This document shows positions 14,221 to 26,613 of a stretch of DNA of 64,000 nucleotides, in pieces. Position numbers and translations under genes: made by a program. Positions within the stretch are counted from its first letter, which is position 1; each line of letters begins with the position of its first letter. Where the stretch lies: the NCBI GenBank assembly GCA_951406725.2, contig OX597815.1, forward strand, positions 119,784,001 to 119,848,000, written 5' to 3'. The notes under the pieces were generated by a model. The model did no database searches and had not been told where the DNA came from. It saw nothing but the letters and a program-made list of their open reading frames with translations. Source of the DNA: Octopus vulgaris (Eukaryota).

Positions 14221-14623
14221 TCTTTTACTTGCTTCAGTCATTTGACAGTGGCCATGCTGGAACACCGCCTTTAGTTGAGCAAATCGACCCCAGGACTTAT
14301 TCTTTGTAAACCTAGTACTTATTCTATCGGTCTCTTTTGCCGAACCACTAAGTTACGGGGACATAAACACACCAGCATCGGCTGTCAAGCGATGTTGGTG
14401 GGGGGGGGGGGGACAAACACAGATACACAAACACATACACATACATATATGTATATACATATATACAACGGACTTCTTTCAGCTTCCGTCTACCAAATCC
14501 ACTCACAAGGCTTTGGTCGGCCCGAAGCTCTAGTAGAAGACACTTGCCCAATGTGCCATGCAGTGGGACTGAACCCAGAACCATGTGGTTTGTAAGCAAG
14601 CTACTTACCACAGAGCCACTCCT
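14221..14623 (-). mobile_element. tRNA-headed SINE family B (CORE-like TTGGGCAAGT, internal TG/TA microsatellite)
   Basis: Near full-length copy. Others at about 6435-6810(-), 11205-11590(-), 18578-18885(+), 25655-26020(-), 26611-26975(+), 29705-30106(-), 35150-35825(+), 41341-41788(-), 51265-51645(-), 60280-60648(-). Confidence 0.85.
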
Positions 14624-15001
14624 AATATATATATATATATATCACCATCGTCATAGTCGTTTAATATCCACTTTCCTTGCTGGCATGGGTTGAACAGTTT
14701 GACTGAGGACTGGCAAGCTAGGAGGTTGCACCAGGCTCCAATCTGATCTGGCAGAGTTTCTATAGCTGGATGCCCTATATATATATACTTTTTATTAAAG
14801 CTGAAAAAACAAACTGTTACTTAGAGTTTCACACAACCATTTATCAGACAGCTGTACTATCACAACTGTCTGAAGAATGGTCATGTAGAACAATGAATAA
14901 CAGATTGTGAAGATTTTGGGGTCTTAATAAATTATATATTTCTCTACCTTTGGTATTCCAGTACTATTTATTGTTCACCTTGCTTTGCATCTGCGTGCTT
15001 A

Positions 15002-15075
<74 letters not shown>

Positions 15076-16019
15076 TGTGTGTTTGTATGTGTACATCAAC
15101 CATCATCATCAACATTTAATGTTTGTGTTCCATTATGGACAGTTTGACTGAAAACTGGTAAGTTGGAGAGCTGCACCAGGATCCAGTCTGATTTGGCAGG
15201 GTTTCTACAACTGGATGTCCTTCCTAATGCCAAACACTCCAAGAGTGTAGTGGGTGCTTTTTACGTACCACCAGCATGGGTGCCTGTTATGAAACACTGG
15301 CTTCGGACATAGCTATAATTTCACTTGGCTTGACAGGTCTTCTCAAGCATAGTATATTTATTTCATTATTGCCTACAGTGGGGTAAATATAGAGAGGACA
15401 AACAAGGACAGACAAAGGGATTAAGTCAATTACATTGACCTCAGTGTGTAACTGGTACTTATTTAATCAAACCCGAAAGGATGAAAGGCAAAGTCGACCA
15501 TAGCAGAATCTTTTCTACTCTAGGCACAAGGGCCAAAATTTTTGGAGTGGGGCCAGTCGATTAGATCGACCCCAGTATGCAACTGGTACTTAATTTATCA
15601 ACCCCAAAAGGATGAAAAGTAAAGTTGGCCTCGGCGGAATTTGAACTTAGAAGGTAACGACAGACGAAATACTGTTAAGCATTTCGCCCAGCTTGATAAT
15701 GTTTCTGCCAGCTCACTGCCTTCCTCAAGCATATTGCTAAAGGTCTGGGATGACAAAGGAGTTAACAGTTATGTTATAAACTTCATTGCCTTACAACTGT
15801 TTCTGCTATAAGGTGCATTGCACTTATAGTTGAGTACTTCAAACATAGAGTACAATTTATCTGGGAATGGTTTGTGAGAGGGGTTTGTATAGTGATTGTT
15901 GATGTAGTTCATGCATGGCTTCTTTTTATTGAAATGGTAAGCGTGTCATCTCATTCTTCTAATATATCTGTATGTATGCATATATTTATGCATGCATGTA
16001 TGTATATATGTGAGAATGT

Positions 16020-16263
16020 GTATGTCTGTGTTTGTGTTACCTTGTCTTGACATCACACAATAGTTGTGGGTGTCACTACCACACAAGTGGTGTCATTTAT
16101 CTCCAGTCTTCCAAGAAAACCTCTCCAGCTATGGGAAAAGATTGTTGACAAGAAGGGCGTCCAGGCATAGATAATCAGTTTTAATAAGCTTTGTCTGACA
16201 TATACAAGCATGGAAAAGTAGACATCAAAACAATGATGATGACTATGATGATAACAGTGATGA

Positions 16264-16305
<42 letters not shown>

Positions 16306-16519
16306 TTTAATGTACACAGTATGAAGATATGAGCTACTAATAGTTTCTTGCTTTGGAGACACATGTCTTGGCAGATTTTTACAATACACCTTGTATCTTC
16401 TAGCTCTTAGCACTCTCACAGCTCATATCTTGTGTCTCTATACTTTGTACATTAAATGATACCTATCTCTCACTGGACAGAGTACATTTTTTTATTGATC
16501 TTACCTTAACTAAACAGTA

Positions 16520-16565
<46 letters not shown>

Positions 16566-16900
16566 TAGCATGGAGAACGGACATTAAACGATGATGATGA
16601 TGATGATGATATATAATAATTGTCCTCACCATAAGCATCATCATAAGTATCCTCATCACCGTTATCATAATAGTCATCATCATTGTTTTGATGTCTACTT
16701 TTCCATGCTTGCATTTGTCAGGCAAAGCTTATTAAAACTGATTATCTATGCCTGGACACCCTTCTTGTCAACAGTCTTTTCCCATAGCTGGAGAGGTTTT
16801 CTTGGAAGACTGGAGATGAATGACACCACTTGTATGGTAGTGACACTCACTTACAACTATTGTGTGATGTCAAGACAAGGTGACACAAACACAGACATAC
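16020..16900. repeat. Local inverted duplication (arms 16020-16268 and 16648-16900) with a nested short inverted repeat
   Basis: Arms are highly similar reverse complements. Inner inverted repeat at about 16303-16333 / 16420-16460. Confidence 0.85.
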
Positions 16901-16904
16901 ACAT

Positions 16905-16959
<55 letters not shown>

Positions 16960-17108
16960 GATAGATAGATAGATAGATAGATATTCAAAGTGTATTCCAT
17001 TAGGAACGTATTAGAGTACAAAATAGAGCTTGTTCACCCTTAGAATTACCAAATAGCCAGTAGTATTCAAAGTCTAGGCTTAGGCATTCATCGTGTGTGA
17101 AAAATAAA

Positions 17109-17296
17109 AAGGAGTACATTTAGACAGCCATTTAATAAATACTACACCTGTTTCGATACAACATAGATCCACATATACACAGGATTTAAATTATACAAGT
17201 AAACCATTGATTAATTTAAATCCTGTGTATATGTGGATCTATGTTGTATCGAAACAGGTGTAGTATTTATTAAATGGCTGTCTAAATGTACTCCTT
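17109..17296. repeat. Perfect 84-bp inverted repeat with a 20-nt spacer
   Basis: 17109-17192 is the exact reverse complement of 17213-17296. Contains a hammerhead-like 3' half, CGAAAC AGGT GTA. Confidence 0.9.
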
Positions 17297-17398
17297 CTTC
17301 TTGATTCTATTTATTCATTTTTATATATAAAAAGATAGATAGATAGACAGATAGATAGATAGATACATATATATATACATACATACATACATAGATAA

Positions 17399-17458
<60 letters not shown>

Positions 17459-17855
17459 AACAGCATTTGAGTGAGGTTGTTGCCAGTACTGCTGGACTGG
17501 CTCCTGTGCAGGTGGCTCATAAAAAACACCATTTGAGCCTGGCCATTGCCAGTACTGCCTGACTGGCCCTTATGCCAGTGGCATGTAAAAGCACCTGCTA
17601 CACTCTCGGAGTGGTTGGCGTTAGGAAGGGCATCCAGCTGTAGAAATTCTGCCAGATCAGATTGGAGCCTGATGCAACCATCTGGCTTGCCAGTCCTCAG
17701 TCAAACCATCCAACCCAAGCCAGCATGGAAAGCGGACGTTAAACGATGATGATGATAAAGAGATAAATAGCTCGACAGATAGATAAATAGATAAGGAAGA
17801 AGGAAAAGAGAGAGAGAGAAGGAGGGAGATAGATAGATAGATAGAGAGAGAGGGG

Positions 17856-17887
<32 letters not shown>

Positions 17888-19114
17888 AAGAGAGATTTCA
17901 GTTGTAAAACGTGTAATATTTTTATTATTTTTCATGAGATACATTGCTAATGGTAGTTGATGTAGTTGTTTTCTAAACAGCAAAAAAAAAACAAAAAAAA
18001 TTCTCTGATATTTAGCTATCTATTTGGAAGCTATATTATATTTTAATCTAACTGGGACAGAAACATTGAATGTAACAATTATTTTAGTTGCTCTGCATAC
18101 ATAATTTCAGTCTCCAAACTTTACATTGTGCTTGTATATAAACATTTAGTAAGAATTTCAATATCAAGTTTAATATATTAACTCTATAATAAAAAAATAA
18201 TTAAAGGAAAAAGAAAGAATGGTTTATGATATTCATTAATAGTAATAGAAGTTAATCATTTATATTTTTTCAGACTGTACTTTGAAACACTGAAAAATTT
18301 GAAAGTAGGTCTTTTTACAAAATTGCTCAAATACAAGTTGTTATTCATAGTAGCTCATAATATAAGAGATAAAAACCCCTTTGGCATCATACACATATGT
18401 CTGATGCACAGGAATTGTGACTCTGCAGTGTACAGTAGATAGTTAGTTTGATTTCCATGGATGTTTTTGTTCACTTATGTTTTTTGTAAGAAGTTTGTAC
18501 TCCATACTCTATATTAGGAAATATTGCTTAAAGCTATATTTGTATTTGAGCAACAGCTTGAAAAGATTTACTTTTAGCGGTGGCTGTGTGGTAAGTAGCT
18601 TGCTTATGAACCACATGGTTCTGGGTTCAGTCCCACTGCATGGCACATTGGGCAAGTGTCTTCTACAATAGCCTCGAGCCAACCAAAGCCTTGTGAGAGG
18701 ATTTGGTAGACGGAGACTGAAAAAAGCCTGTTGTATATTTATATATATATATATATGAATGTGTGTGTGTGTATATGTTTGTGTGTCTGTGTTTGTCCCC
18801 CCAACATTGCTTGACAACTGATGGTGGTGTGTTTACATCCCTGTAACTTAGCGGTTCGGCAAAAGAGACCGGTAGAATAAGTACTGCCAGAGCCTCATGG
18901 AACTTTAGGTGGTTTTGCTCAATAAACACTCACAATGACCACTCTGGGAATCGAAACCATGATCCTATGACTGCGAGTCCACTGCCCTAACTACTGGGCC
19001 ATTGCATCTCCTGTATACACATACATACATATATATACACATGATATATGCATATATAGTTACCAAGCCCTTTCCTACCTTCAGTTGTAGAGAGATCATG
19101 TGCCTCCAGCCAAT

Positions 19115-19174
19115 GAGTCTGATGAGTCACCTACACAACTAAGAACCTTATAGATGTGAAACCAATGGTCACTC
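19115..19174 (+). ncRNA. Type I minimal hammerhead ribozyme motif
   Basis: GAGU CUGAUGA [imperfect stem II] GAAA C CAAUG GUC ACUC. Stem I GAGU/ACUC; near-palindromic stem III ACCA-A-UGGU. Confidence 0.65.
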
Positions 19175-19477
19175 TCTGATATATATATATGAATATTTAT
19201 GTGTGTGTATATATATATATATATATATGTATATTTTGAGCATGGCCATTGCCAGTACCACCTGACTGGCCCTTATGCTGGTGGTACATAAAAGCACCCA
19301 CTACACTCTCAGAGTGGTTGCCGTTACGAAGGGCATTCAGCTATAGAAACTCTGCCAGATCAGATTGGAGTCTTGTGCAGCCATCTGGTTCGCCAGACCT
19401 CAGTCAAATCATCCAACCCATGCTAGCATGGAAAGCGGATGTTAAACGATGATGATGATGATGTGTGTATATATATA

Positions 19478-19957
19478 TCGAAATCAAATTTGATGACTAG
19501 CATCCGTGCTAGTGGAGCGCTAAGAGCACCATCCGAGCGTGATCATTGCCAGAGCAGCTGATTGGCTTCCTTGCCAGTGGCACGTAAAAAGCACCATTCG
19601 TGTGTGATCATTACCAGCGTCACCTTACTGGCACGTGAAAAAACATTCAAGTGAGGTCATTGCCAGTGCTGCTGGACTGGCTCCTGTGCAGGTGGCATAT
19701 AAAAAACACCATTTGAGTGTGGCCGTTGCCAGTACCGTCTGACTGGCCCTCGTGCCGATGGCATGTAAAAGCACCCACTACACTCTTGGAGTGGTTGGTG
19801 TTAGGGAGGGCATCCAGCTGTAGAAACTCTACCAGATCAGATTGGAGCCTGGTGCAGCCATCTGGTTTGCCAGTCCTCTGTCAAATTGTCCAACCCATGA
19901 TAGTATGGAAAGTGGACGTTGAATGATGATGACGATGATGATGATGATGATGATGAT
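19478..19957 (+). mobile_element. Family C repeat: RTE-LINE 3' UTR-like sequence with internal subrepeats and a (GAT)n tail
   Basis: Repeated GGCACGTAAAAAGCACC units, then GGTTGG..TTAGG.AGGGCATCCAGCTGTAGAAA...GGACGTT..(GAT)n. Other copies at about 3929-4180, 5280-5550, 5720-6020(-), 12132-12322(-), 15100-15350(-), 17460-17757, 19235-19462, 26050-26300(-), 31730-32113, 44040-44220, 59750-60060(-), 61138-61270(-). Confidence 0.8.
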
Positions 19958-20188
19958 TATATATATATATATATATACACACACTAAAATCTTGTACTCT
20001 CATCGAAGTACTGACCAACATCCATAACTTCTGGAAAAAGATGAGTTTTGAACATTATTCTCCTGCCTATATTCTTCTTTTACTCTTTTACTACTTTTAC
20101 TCTTTATTCTTCTATTTTATTCCTTATAAACTGTGAATTTTATTCCTTGTAAACTCTAAATTTTCCCCATCTAAAATATTCATACCTT

Positions 20189-20264
20189 GTCTCTGATGAT
20201 GGAATACCCACTGCACAGATATGCTAATCGATCACTTAGGTTATCCCAGAAATAGCTGTAAGAC
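20189..20264 (+). ncRNA. Type I minimal hammerhead ribozyme motif
   Basis: GUCU CUGAUGA UGGAAUACC...GGUUAUCCCA GAAA U AGCU GUA AGAC. Stem I GUCU/AGAC; palindromic AGCU in stem III. Confidence 0.7.
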
Positions 20265-20346
20265 TTCAAATTCACCTTAGCCTAATTTAATTATTCTAAG
20301 TGACTTGAAATACTCATTCTGCCTTGGTTTTGATTTTTCCTCTAAT

Positions 20347-20547
20347 ATATGCTTTATTAATAAAGCTGCAAAGACATCACAAAATTGTTACCCAGAGTTT
20401 CACATTCCTGTTTGACAAACGGGAATGTGAAACTCTGAGTAACAGGTTTGTGATGTCTTTGCAGCTATATTAATAAAGCATATTACTCTACATCTGGTAT
20501 TCGTGTACTATTTTTCCCACCTTGTTTCACATTTGTGTGCTTACTCT

Positions 20548-20548
<1 letters not shown>
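20347..20548. mobile_element. Fold-back pLTR-like element (inverted repeat 20347-20483) with a decayed hammerhead
   Basis: Hairpin with about 68-bp arms and GAAAC UCUGA GUA ACAG. Same family at 24331-24525 and, more diverged, 14790-14990. Confidence 0.7.
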
Positions 20549-20587
<39 letters not shown>

Positions 20588-20777
20588 GAGAATTTACAAA
20601 TAACAAAAGACAAAGACAGGTGTGTGTAACCAACAAACAGATGTATTAGTTTAATGCTTAGGAAGTGAGAAAGTCTTTTATGTTTCGAGCCTATGCTCTT
20701 TGACAGAAAGGAACACAGAAATGAACAGGGAGAGAAAATAAAATAAAAAAAGTTTAGTGGCTAGCGATCTATCATGG

Positions 20778-20839
<62 letters not shown>

Positions 20840-20920
20840 GTATATGTATATAATAAATATGTATATATGTAAATGTCAAACAATGAGAAACAGTGCTCAA
20901 ACCCACATTGGTGAATAGTT

Positions 20921-21088
20921 TACTATTGATTTCATGTTAAGAAAATATTTTAATATCTTAACAATTTTTCAAGTTGATCACATGGAGGAATGGTGATTGT
21001 CTCTGGAGAGGAACACCATTCCTCCATGGGATCAGTTTGAAAAATTATTAAGATATTAAGATATTTTCTTAACATGAAACCAGTAGTA
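20921..21088. mobile_element. Fold-back element related to the 3' end of the Penelope-like element at 54211-56840
   Basis: Inverted arms of about 75 bp. AACACC..CCATG.GA...TTGAAAAATT.TTAAGA...TTCTTAACATGAAAC matches 56682-56756. Confidence 0.7.
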
Positions 21089-22827
21089 GCCTTGATACGC
21101 AAATACATATGTCTGTTGATCTATATATATGCATATATCATCATCTTCATCATTGTCATTATCATCATTTTTTAGCATACTCTTGAGCTTTCACACAATT
21201 CCTAGTCATTCCATTTTCACTCACAAAAGATTGCTGAACCATATATTATCACTGAAGACACTAAATGAAGTTTCAGTAAATTGGAATCGATCTCAGAACC
21301 ATTTGGCTTTGGAGTGAACTTCTTAACCATTTAGCTATCATTTATTTTATTTATTTGTTTTATGAATTTTATTTACCTACACTGTTGAGTTTCCCTGGAC
21401 TATCTAAATTTGCTGAGATTTTCTTTTTATCCATGTTGCCAGAGAGAAAACCTAAAAAATATGGATATCTTGCTTCTGTTTATGCCAGGTTATTTTTTTT
21501 TCATATACATATTACTTTATTATATTTTATTTCAACTTTTTTGTCATTTTATTTATTATTCAGACTGCAAAAAATTCATATTTATCAATTTATTATATTT
21601 TGTTTATATTTATTTGTTTACTTCATTTTATTTATCATTCAATGTATTTGCAGATATATTTATATGCTCATATATTTTGTTATTTCTCTACATACTTTAA
21701 ATATATAAATATGATATATATATATATATATATATATGCTATATTATACATTCAGAATTATATACATATGATATAAACCAGCTGCTAACCACTAAAAATG
21801 AAGGTAATGCACATAAACTTTAAATCACATGGATAAGTATAATATACATGATATTTTTTTCTCAGAGGTAAAAAAATTTGTTAAATATTGGGCAATGCAC
21901 AACGTATATAAGAGATATAACACCTTTAAAAAAATTATTTATAGGAATAAAAAATATAATACAATATAATATGTTTTTATTTATTTATTTATTTATCTGT
22001 GTGTGTACATGAAAATAGACCAAGATATTGCTCTGGGTTATATTGATAAAGCATAACCTAGTAACATCTTGATTGATTGTCCAGTATCCTACTGACAATT
22101 TGTGGGGTTCATGCTGGTAGAAGGCCTATAAAATGAAAGGAAAATATAAACATATAAATTGAACATTTTAAAGTTATCTGGTGGAGACACAGATTCTGAA
22201 AGCTGTAGCAAAGGTAAACTATTTAGGTGAACAGTAATTCTAAATAAATACTTATTGTAAATAAATACTAATGCAGAGAAGGGGGAATTTTAAACTTTAG
22301 CAAGCAACCTCTTTAGTGCTGGTGCCACATTGAAATATGTTCAGTCAATAATGTGCTGCAATTGGCAACAGAAAGGTAACTAGTCATAAAAATCATGTCA
22401 AAAAATAAAACACACAAAAACAAAGACTGGTAGTTTTCTATATTGTTTTGTGTATCATATGCAACAAATATGGTGAGATACTGTGCTGCTATAGTCCAGT
22501 CCAGTCCATGCCAATATTGAAGGGCCTGTTGAAGGGCAGTGAGCTGGCAGAAATATTAGCACAGTGGGCAAAATGCTTAGTGGTATTTTGTCTGCCGTTA
22601 CATTCTGAGTTCAAATTCTGCTGAGGTTGAGTTTGGCTTTCATCCTTTCGGGGTCGATTAAATAAGTACCAGTTATGCACTGGGGTCAATGTAATCAACT
22701 TAATCCCTTTGTGTGTCCTTGTTTGTCCCCTGTAGGCAATAAAGAAATAAATATGGAAAAACAAGTAATATGAAAAGATGATGCAACATATAGAGACTCA
22801 GTAAAAAGAAACTGCATTTCTCATTTA

Positions 22828-24093
22828 CGAGGGGCTTTCAATAAGTAATGCCCCTGACCCACTTCCCATAGCAGTAGAGCAACGAAACTTGGCACAGTTA
22901 TTAGTCTTTTTCTACATAGGAACCACCCAGAGTTACGCATTTCTTCCATCGTTTAATGCGGTTCTGGAGACCGTATTTGTAGAAGAACCCAGCTTGGTCC
23001 TCCAACCTCAACGTGACTTCAGTAATCAAAGCTGCATCATCTGGGAAACGCTTTCCTTTCAAAAACAACTTCATGATTGGGAAGAGGTGAAAATCAGAAG
23101 GTGCAAGGTCAGGAAAGTAGGGGGGATGGGGAGGAGTTCATAGCCATACGCCTGTGCTTCTGATCTGGCGACAAGCGAGTTGTGGACCGGAGCGTTGTCC
23201 TGCAGGAGGATGCCTTTGCTGATCTTGCCCCGCCTCTTGATTTTGATAACTTCTCTTAATTTCCTCAAAAGTGAAGCATAATAGGCTCCTGCAATTGTGG
23301 TACCCTTTGCCAGGAAATCTGTCATCACTACTCCGTCCTCGTCCCAGAAGACTGTGAACATGACCTTGCCAGCGGAGGGCTGCACCCTTGCCTTCTTTGG
23401 AGGGGGTGAGTCACGGTGCTTCCACTGCATTGACTGGGATTTGGTCTCTGGATCATCGTGATGGACCCAGGTTTCATCCTGTGTAATCAGTCTTTTGACT
23501 CATCTCCAAATTCACCCTCGAGCACTCGACGCGTTCTTGCTTCTGGAAAGGCGTGAGCAACCTGGGAATCCATCTGGCAGACACCTTTTGCATATGCAAA
23601 TGGTCATGAATGATAGTTTCCACAGACCCGGTACTAATCTTGACCTCATGGGCTATTTGGCGAATAATTATGCGTCGATCTTCCAAAATGGCAGCCTCAA
23701 CTTGACGGACAGATGCCTCATCAATGGCAGAAGGGGGCGACCAGATCTGGGAGCTGTTTCCACAGAGTTCCGACCATGTTTGAATTTACGATGCCAGCAT
23801 TTTACAAGGTCATATAATGGGGCATCATCACCATAAGTTACTTTCATTTCATCAAAAGTCTCCCGTCGTGTGCGTCCTTTCAAATACAAAAACCAGATCA
23901 CCGCTCGACACTCAACAGGCTCCATTTCACACTTGACTGAGTTCAAACACCTGTAAATCAGAAACCACAATTAATTCAGAGCTGTAATTTGCCACTTACT
24001 CTATAGAGATATAAATGATTGCACATGCAGATCAAACAGCTAGATCAAACAACTGCAAGTGGGTCAGAGGCATTACTTATTGAACGTCCCTCG
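22828..24093 (-). mobile_element. Full-length decayed mariner (DD34D) transposon
   Basis: TIR CGAGGGGCTTTCAATAAGTAATGCCCCTGACCCACTT versus the reverse complement of the right end, CGAGGGACGTTCAATAAGTAATGCCTCTGACCCACTT. TA on both flanks; 1266 bp. Confidence 0.95.
22901..23925 (-). pseudogene. Mariner transposase pseudogene (frameshifted)
   Basis: MEPVECRAVIWFLYLKG...RSGRP...WIPRLLT...ITQDETWVHH...KVMFTVFWD...QDNAPVH...PYFPDLAPSDFHLF...GSYVEKD*, split over several frames. Confidence 0.92.
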
Positions 24094-24143
24094 TAATATT
24101 GCCTACAAATGGAAATTGGTAATCAACAATGAATTAAATCATT

Positions 24144-24246
24144 ACTTTCTTCTGAAGATCTGATATTTCAAGATGATTATGCAATCATATATCTAATGAT
24201 TACCACATAACATTCCGGTATTCGCTTGTGAAACACATGTAAAAGT
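24144..24246 (+). ncRNA. Degenerate type I hammerhead motif
   Basis: ACUUU(cuu) CUGAAGA ... GAAA C ACAU GUA AAAGU. Stem II is poorly paired. Confidence 0.4.
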
Positions 24247-24532
24247 TATGTAATTTATGATATTATGATAAAGATTAACTAAATTTCTTGTTTTATTTTG
24301 CTCTTGTGTGTGTGTATATATATATATATACTTTATTAATAAAGCTGCAAAGACATCACAAAAACTGTTACTCAACCAAAACTGTCTGACAAACAGGAAT
24401 GTAAAACTCTGAGTAACAATTTTTGTGATGTTTTTGCAGCTTCATTAATAAGGCATATTACTCTACCTCCGGTATTCAAGTACTATTTTCCCACCTTGTT
24501 TCACATTTATGTGCTTACTCTGGTGTATATAA

Positions 24533-24581
<49 letters not shown>

Positions 24582-24680
24582 GTTAATCCAAACAAGGAAG
24601 CACAAAAAAAACACAACAACGCAAGGACGTGGAACAAATATAGTATTATTGGACGCTCAGGAAAGAAGGAAAGAAGGAGG

Positions 24681-24715
24681 GTTTAACGTTTCGAGTGGAG
24701 CTCTTCGTCGGAAAC
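24681..24715 (-). ncRNA. Minimal hammerhead motif, CCGACGA core variant
   Basis: GUUU CCGACGA A GAGC UCC ACUC GAAA C GUU AAAC. Lies in a repeat (24581-24775) whose partial inverted copy is at 26357-26485. Confidence 0.55.
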
Positions 24716-25006
24716 ATAGGAAAAGGAAAGATCCAGAGAAGGGAAGACAGAGGAAAAAAAATCGCCAACGGTATTTTTAGATATATTTATATATCAGTTA
24801 TGTGAAGGCACATGGCTTAGAGGTTAGGGTATTCAGCTCATGGCTGTAAGGCCATGAGTTCCATTCCTGGTGTCATGTCATGTCCTGGAGCAAGGTATTT
24901 AATTTCACATTGCTCCAGTCAACTCAGCTGGCAAAAATGAGTAGTACCTGTATTTCAAAGGGCCAGCTTTGTAATGCTGTGTTATACTGAAACTCACTCA
25001 GAAGCT

Positions 25007-25644
25007 TGGAAGAATGTTATTTTCTCGGACAAGTGATCTTTTACTATATTTCCAACCACCGGCTGAATAGACATGTGGAGACAGTCAAAAGAAGCATTTG
25101 ATCCAGACTGCCTTCTTTCAGCTGTTAAACATGGAGGAGGATCTGTGACAATCTGGAAATCCACCAGCCCAATGGTTTCCCTTTATGGTAGAATTAATAG
25201 CCAAGACTATCTAAGCATTTTATCTGATCAAATTCATCCTATTGGTTGCGGAACTGTTTCCGGAGGGAAACGTAATCTTTCAGGATGATAATGCACCAAT
25301 TCACACAGCTAAAGTTGTTACTGAATGGCACGAGGAACATTCTAGTGAAATTGAACATCTTATCTGGCCACCACAGTCCCCAGATCTCAATATTATTGAA
25401 CATTTATGGTGCATTTTAGAAAAGCAAGTGAGGAGTCGATATCCTTCACCACCATCACTACAAGAACTGGAGGATATTTTAGCTGAAGAATGGTCAAAAA
25501 TCCCTTTGAAAACAATTCAAACTGTGTACAAGTCCATACCTCATAGAATTCAAGCTGTAATTACTGCCAAAGGTGGTCCTACCCCTTATTAAAATAAATT
25601 TGCTTGAAATTTTAAGGTGTTTCCATTATTTTGTCCAAACCATG
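25007..25644 (+). mobile_element. Tc1-like transposon 3' half (catalytic domain and right TIR)
   Basis: WKNVIFSD...VKHGGGSV.IW...FQDDNAPIH...WPPQSPDLNIIEHLW...AKGGPTPY*. Ends GGTGTTTCCATTATTTTGTCCAAACCATG-TA. Confidence 0.9.
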
Positions 25645-26482
25645 TATACATTCTTTTATTCTTTTACACTTTTACTTGTTTCATTCATTTGACTATGGCC
25701 ATGTTGGAGCACCATCTTTAATCAAACAACTTGACCCCAGGACTTATTCTTTGTAAGGCTAGTACTTATTCTATCATTCTCTTCCGATAGACTGTTAAGT
25801 TATGAGGATGTAAAGACACCAACATCGGTTGTCAAGCAATAGTGGGGGAACAAACACAGACACACAAATACATACATATATGGGCTTCTTTCAGTTTCCA
25901 TCTACAAAATCCACTATCAAGGCTTTGGTCAGCTTGCAGCTATTGTAGAAGACAGTTGCCTCAGGTGCCATGCAGTGGGATTGAACCCAGAACCATTTGG
26001 TTAGGAAGCAAGCTTCTTACCATATATATTTACACACACACACATATGTATCATCATCTTCATCATCATCATCATCATCATCACCATCATCATCTTTTAA
26101 CAACCACTTTCCATGCTGGCATGGGATGGATGGTTCAAGTGAGGACTGGCAAGTCCAGTGTCTGCGCCAGGCTCCAATCTGTTCTGGCATGGTTTCTACA
26201 GCTAGATAGCCTTCCTAATGCCAACCAATCCAAGAGTGTAGTGGATGCTTTTTATGTGCCACCGGCACAGGAACCAGTAAGGTGGCACTGGCATCGACCA
26301 TATATATATACACATACATACATACATACACACACATATATATGTGTGTATGTATAGCTCCACTCGAAATGTTAAACCCTCCTTCCCTTCTTTCCTGAGC
26401 GTCAATAATACTTTAATTGTTCTACGTCCTCGCGTTGCTGTTTTTTTTCTCTCTTTTTTTCTGTGTTTTCTTGTTTGGATTA

Positions 26483-26533
<51 letters not shown>

Positions 26534-26573
26534 ATAATAAATTTTTTGCAAAATAGTGGTTTTGTCTCTAATA

Positions 26574-26613
<40 letters not shown>

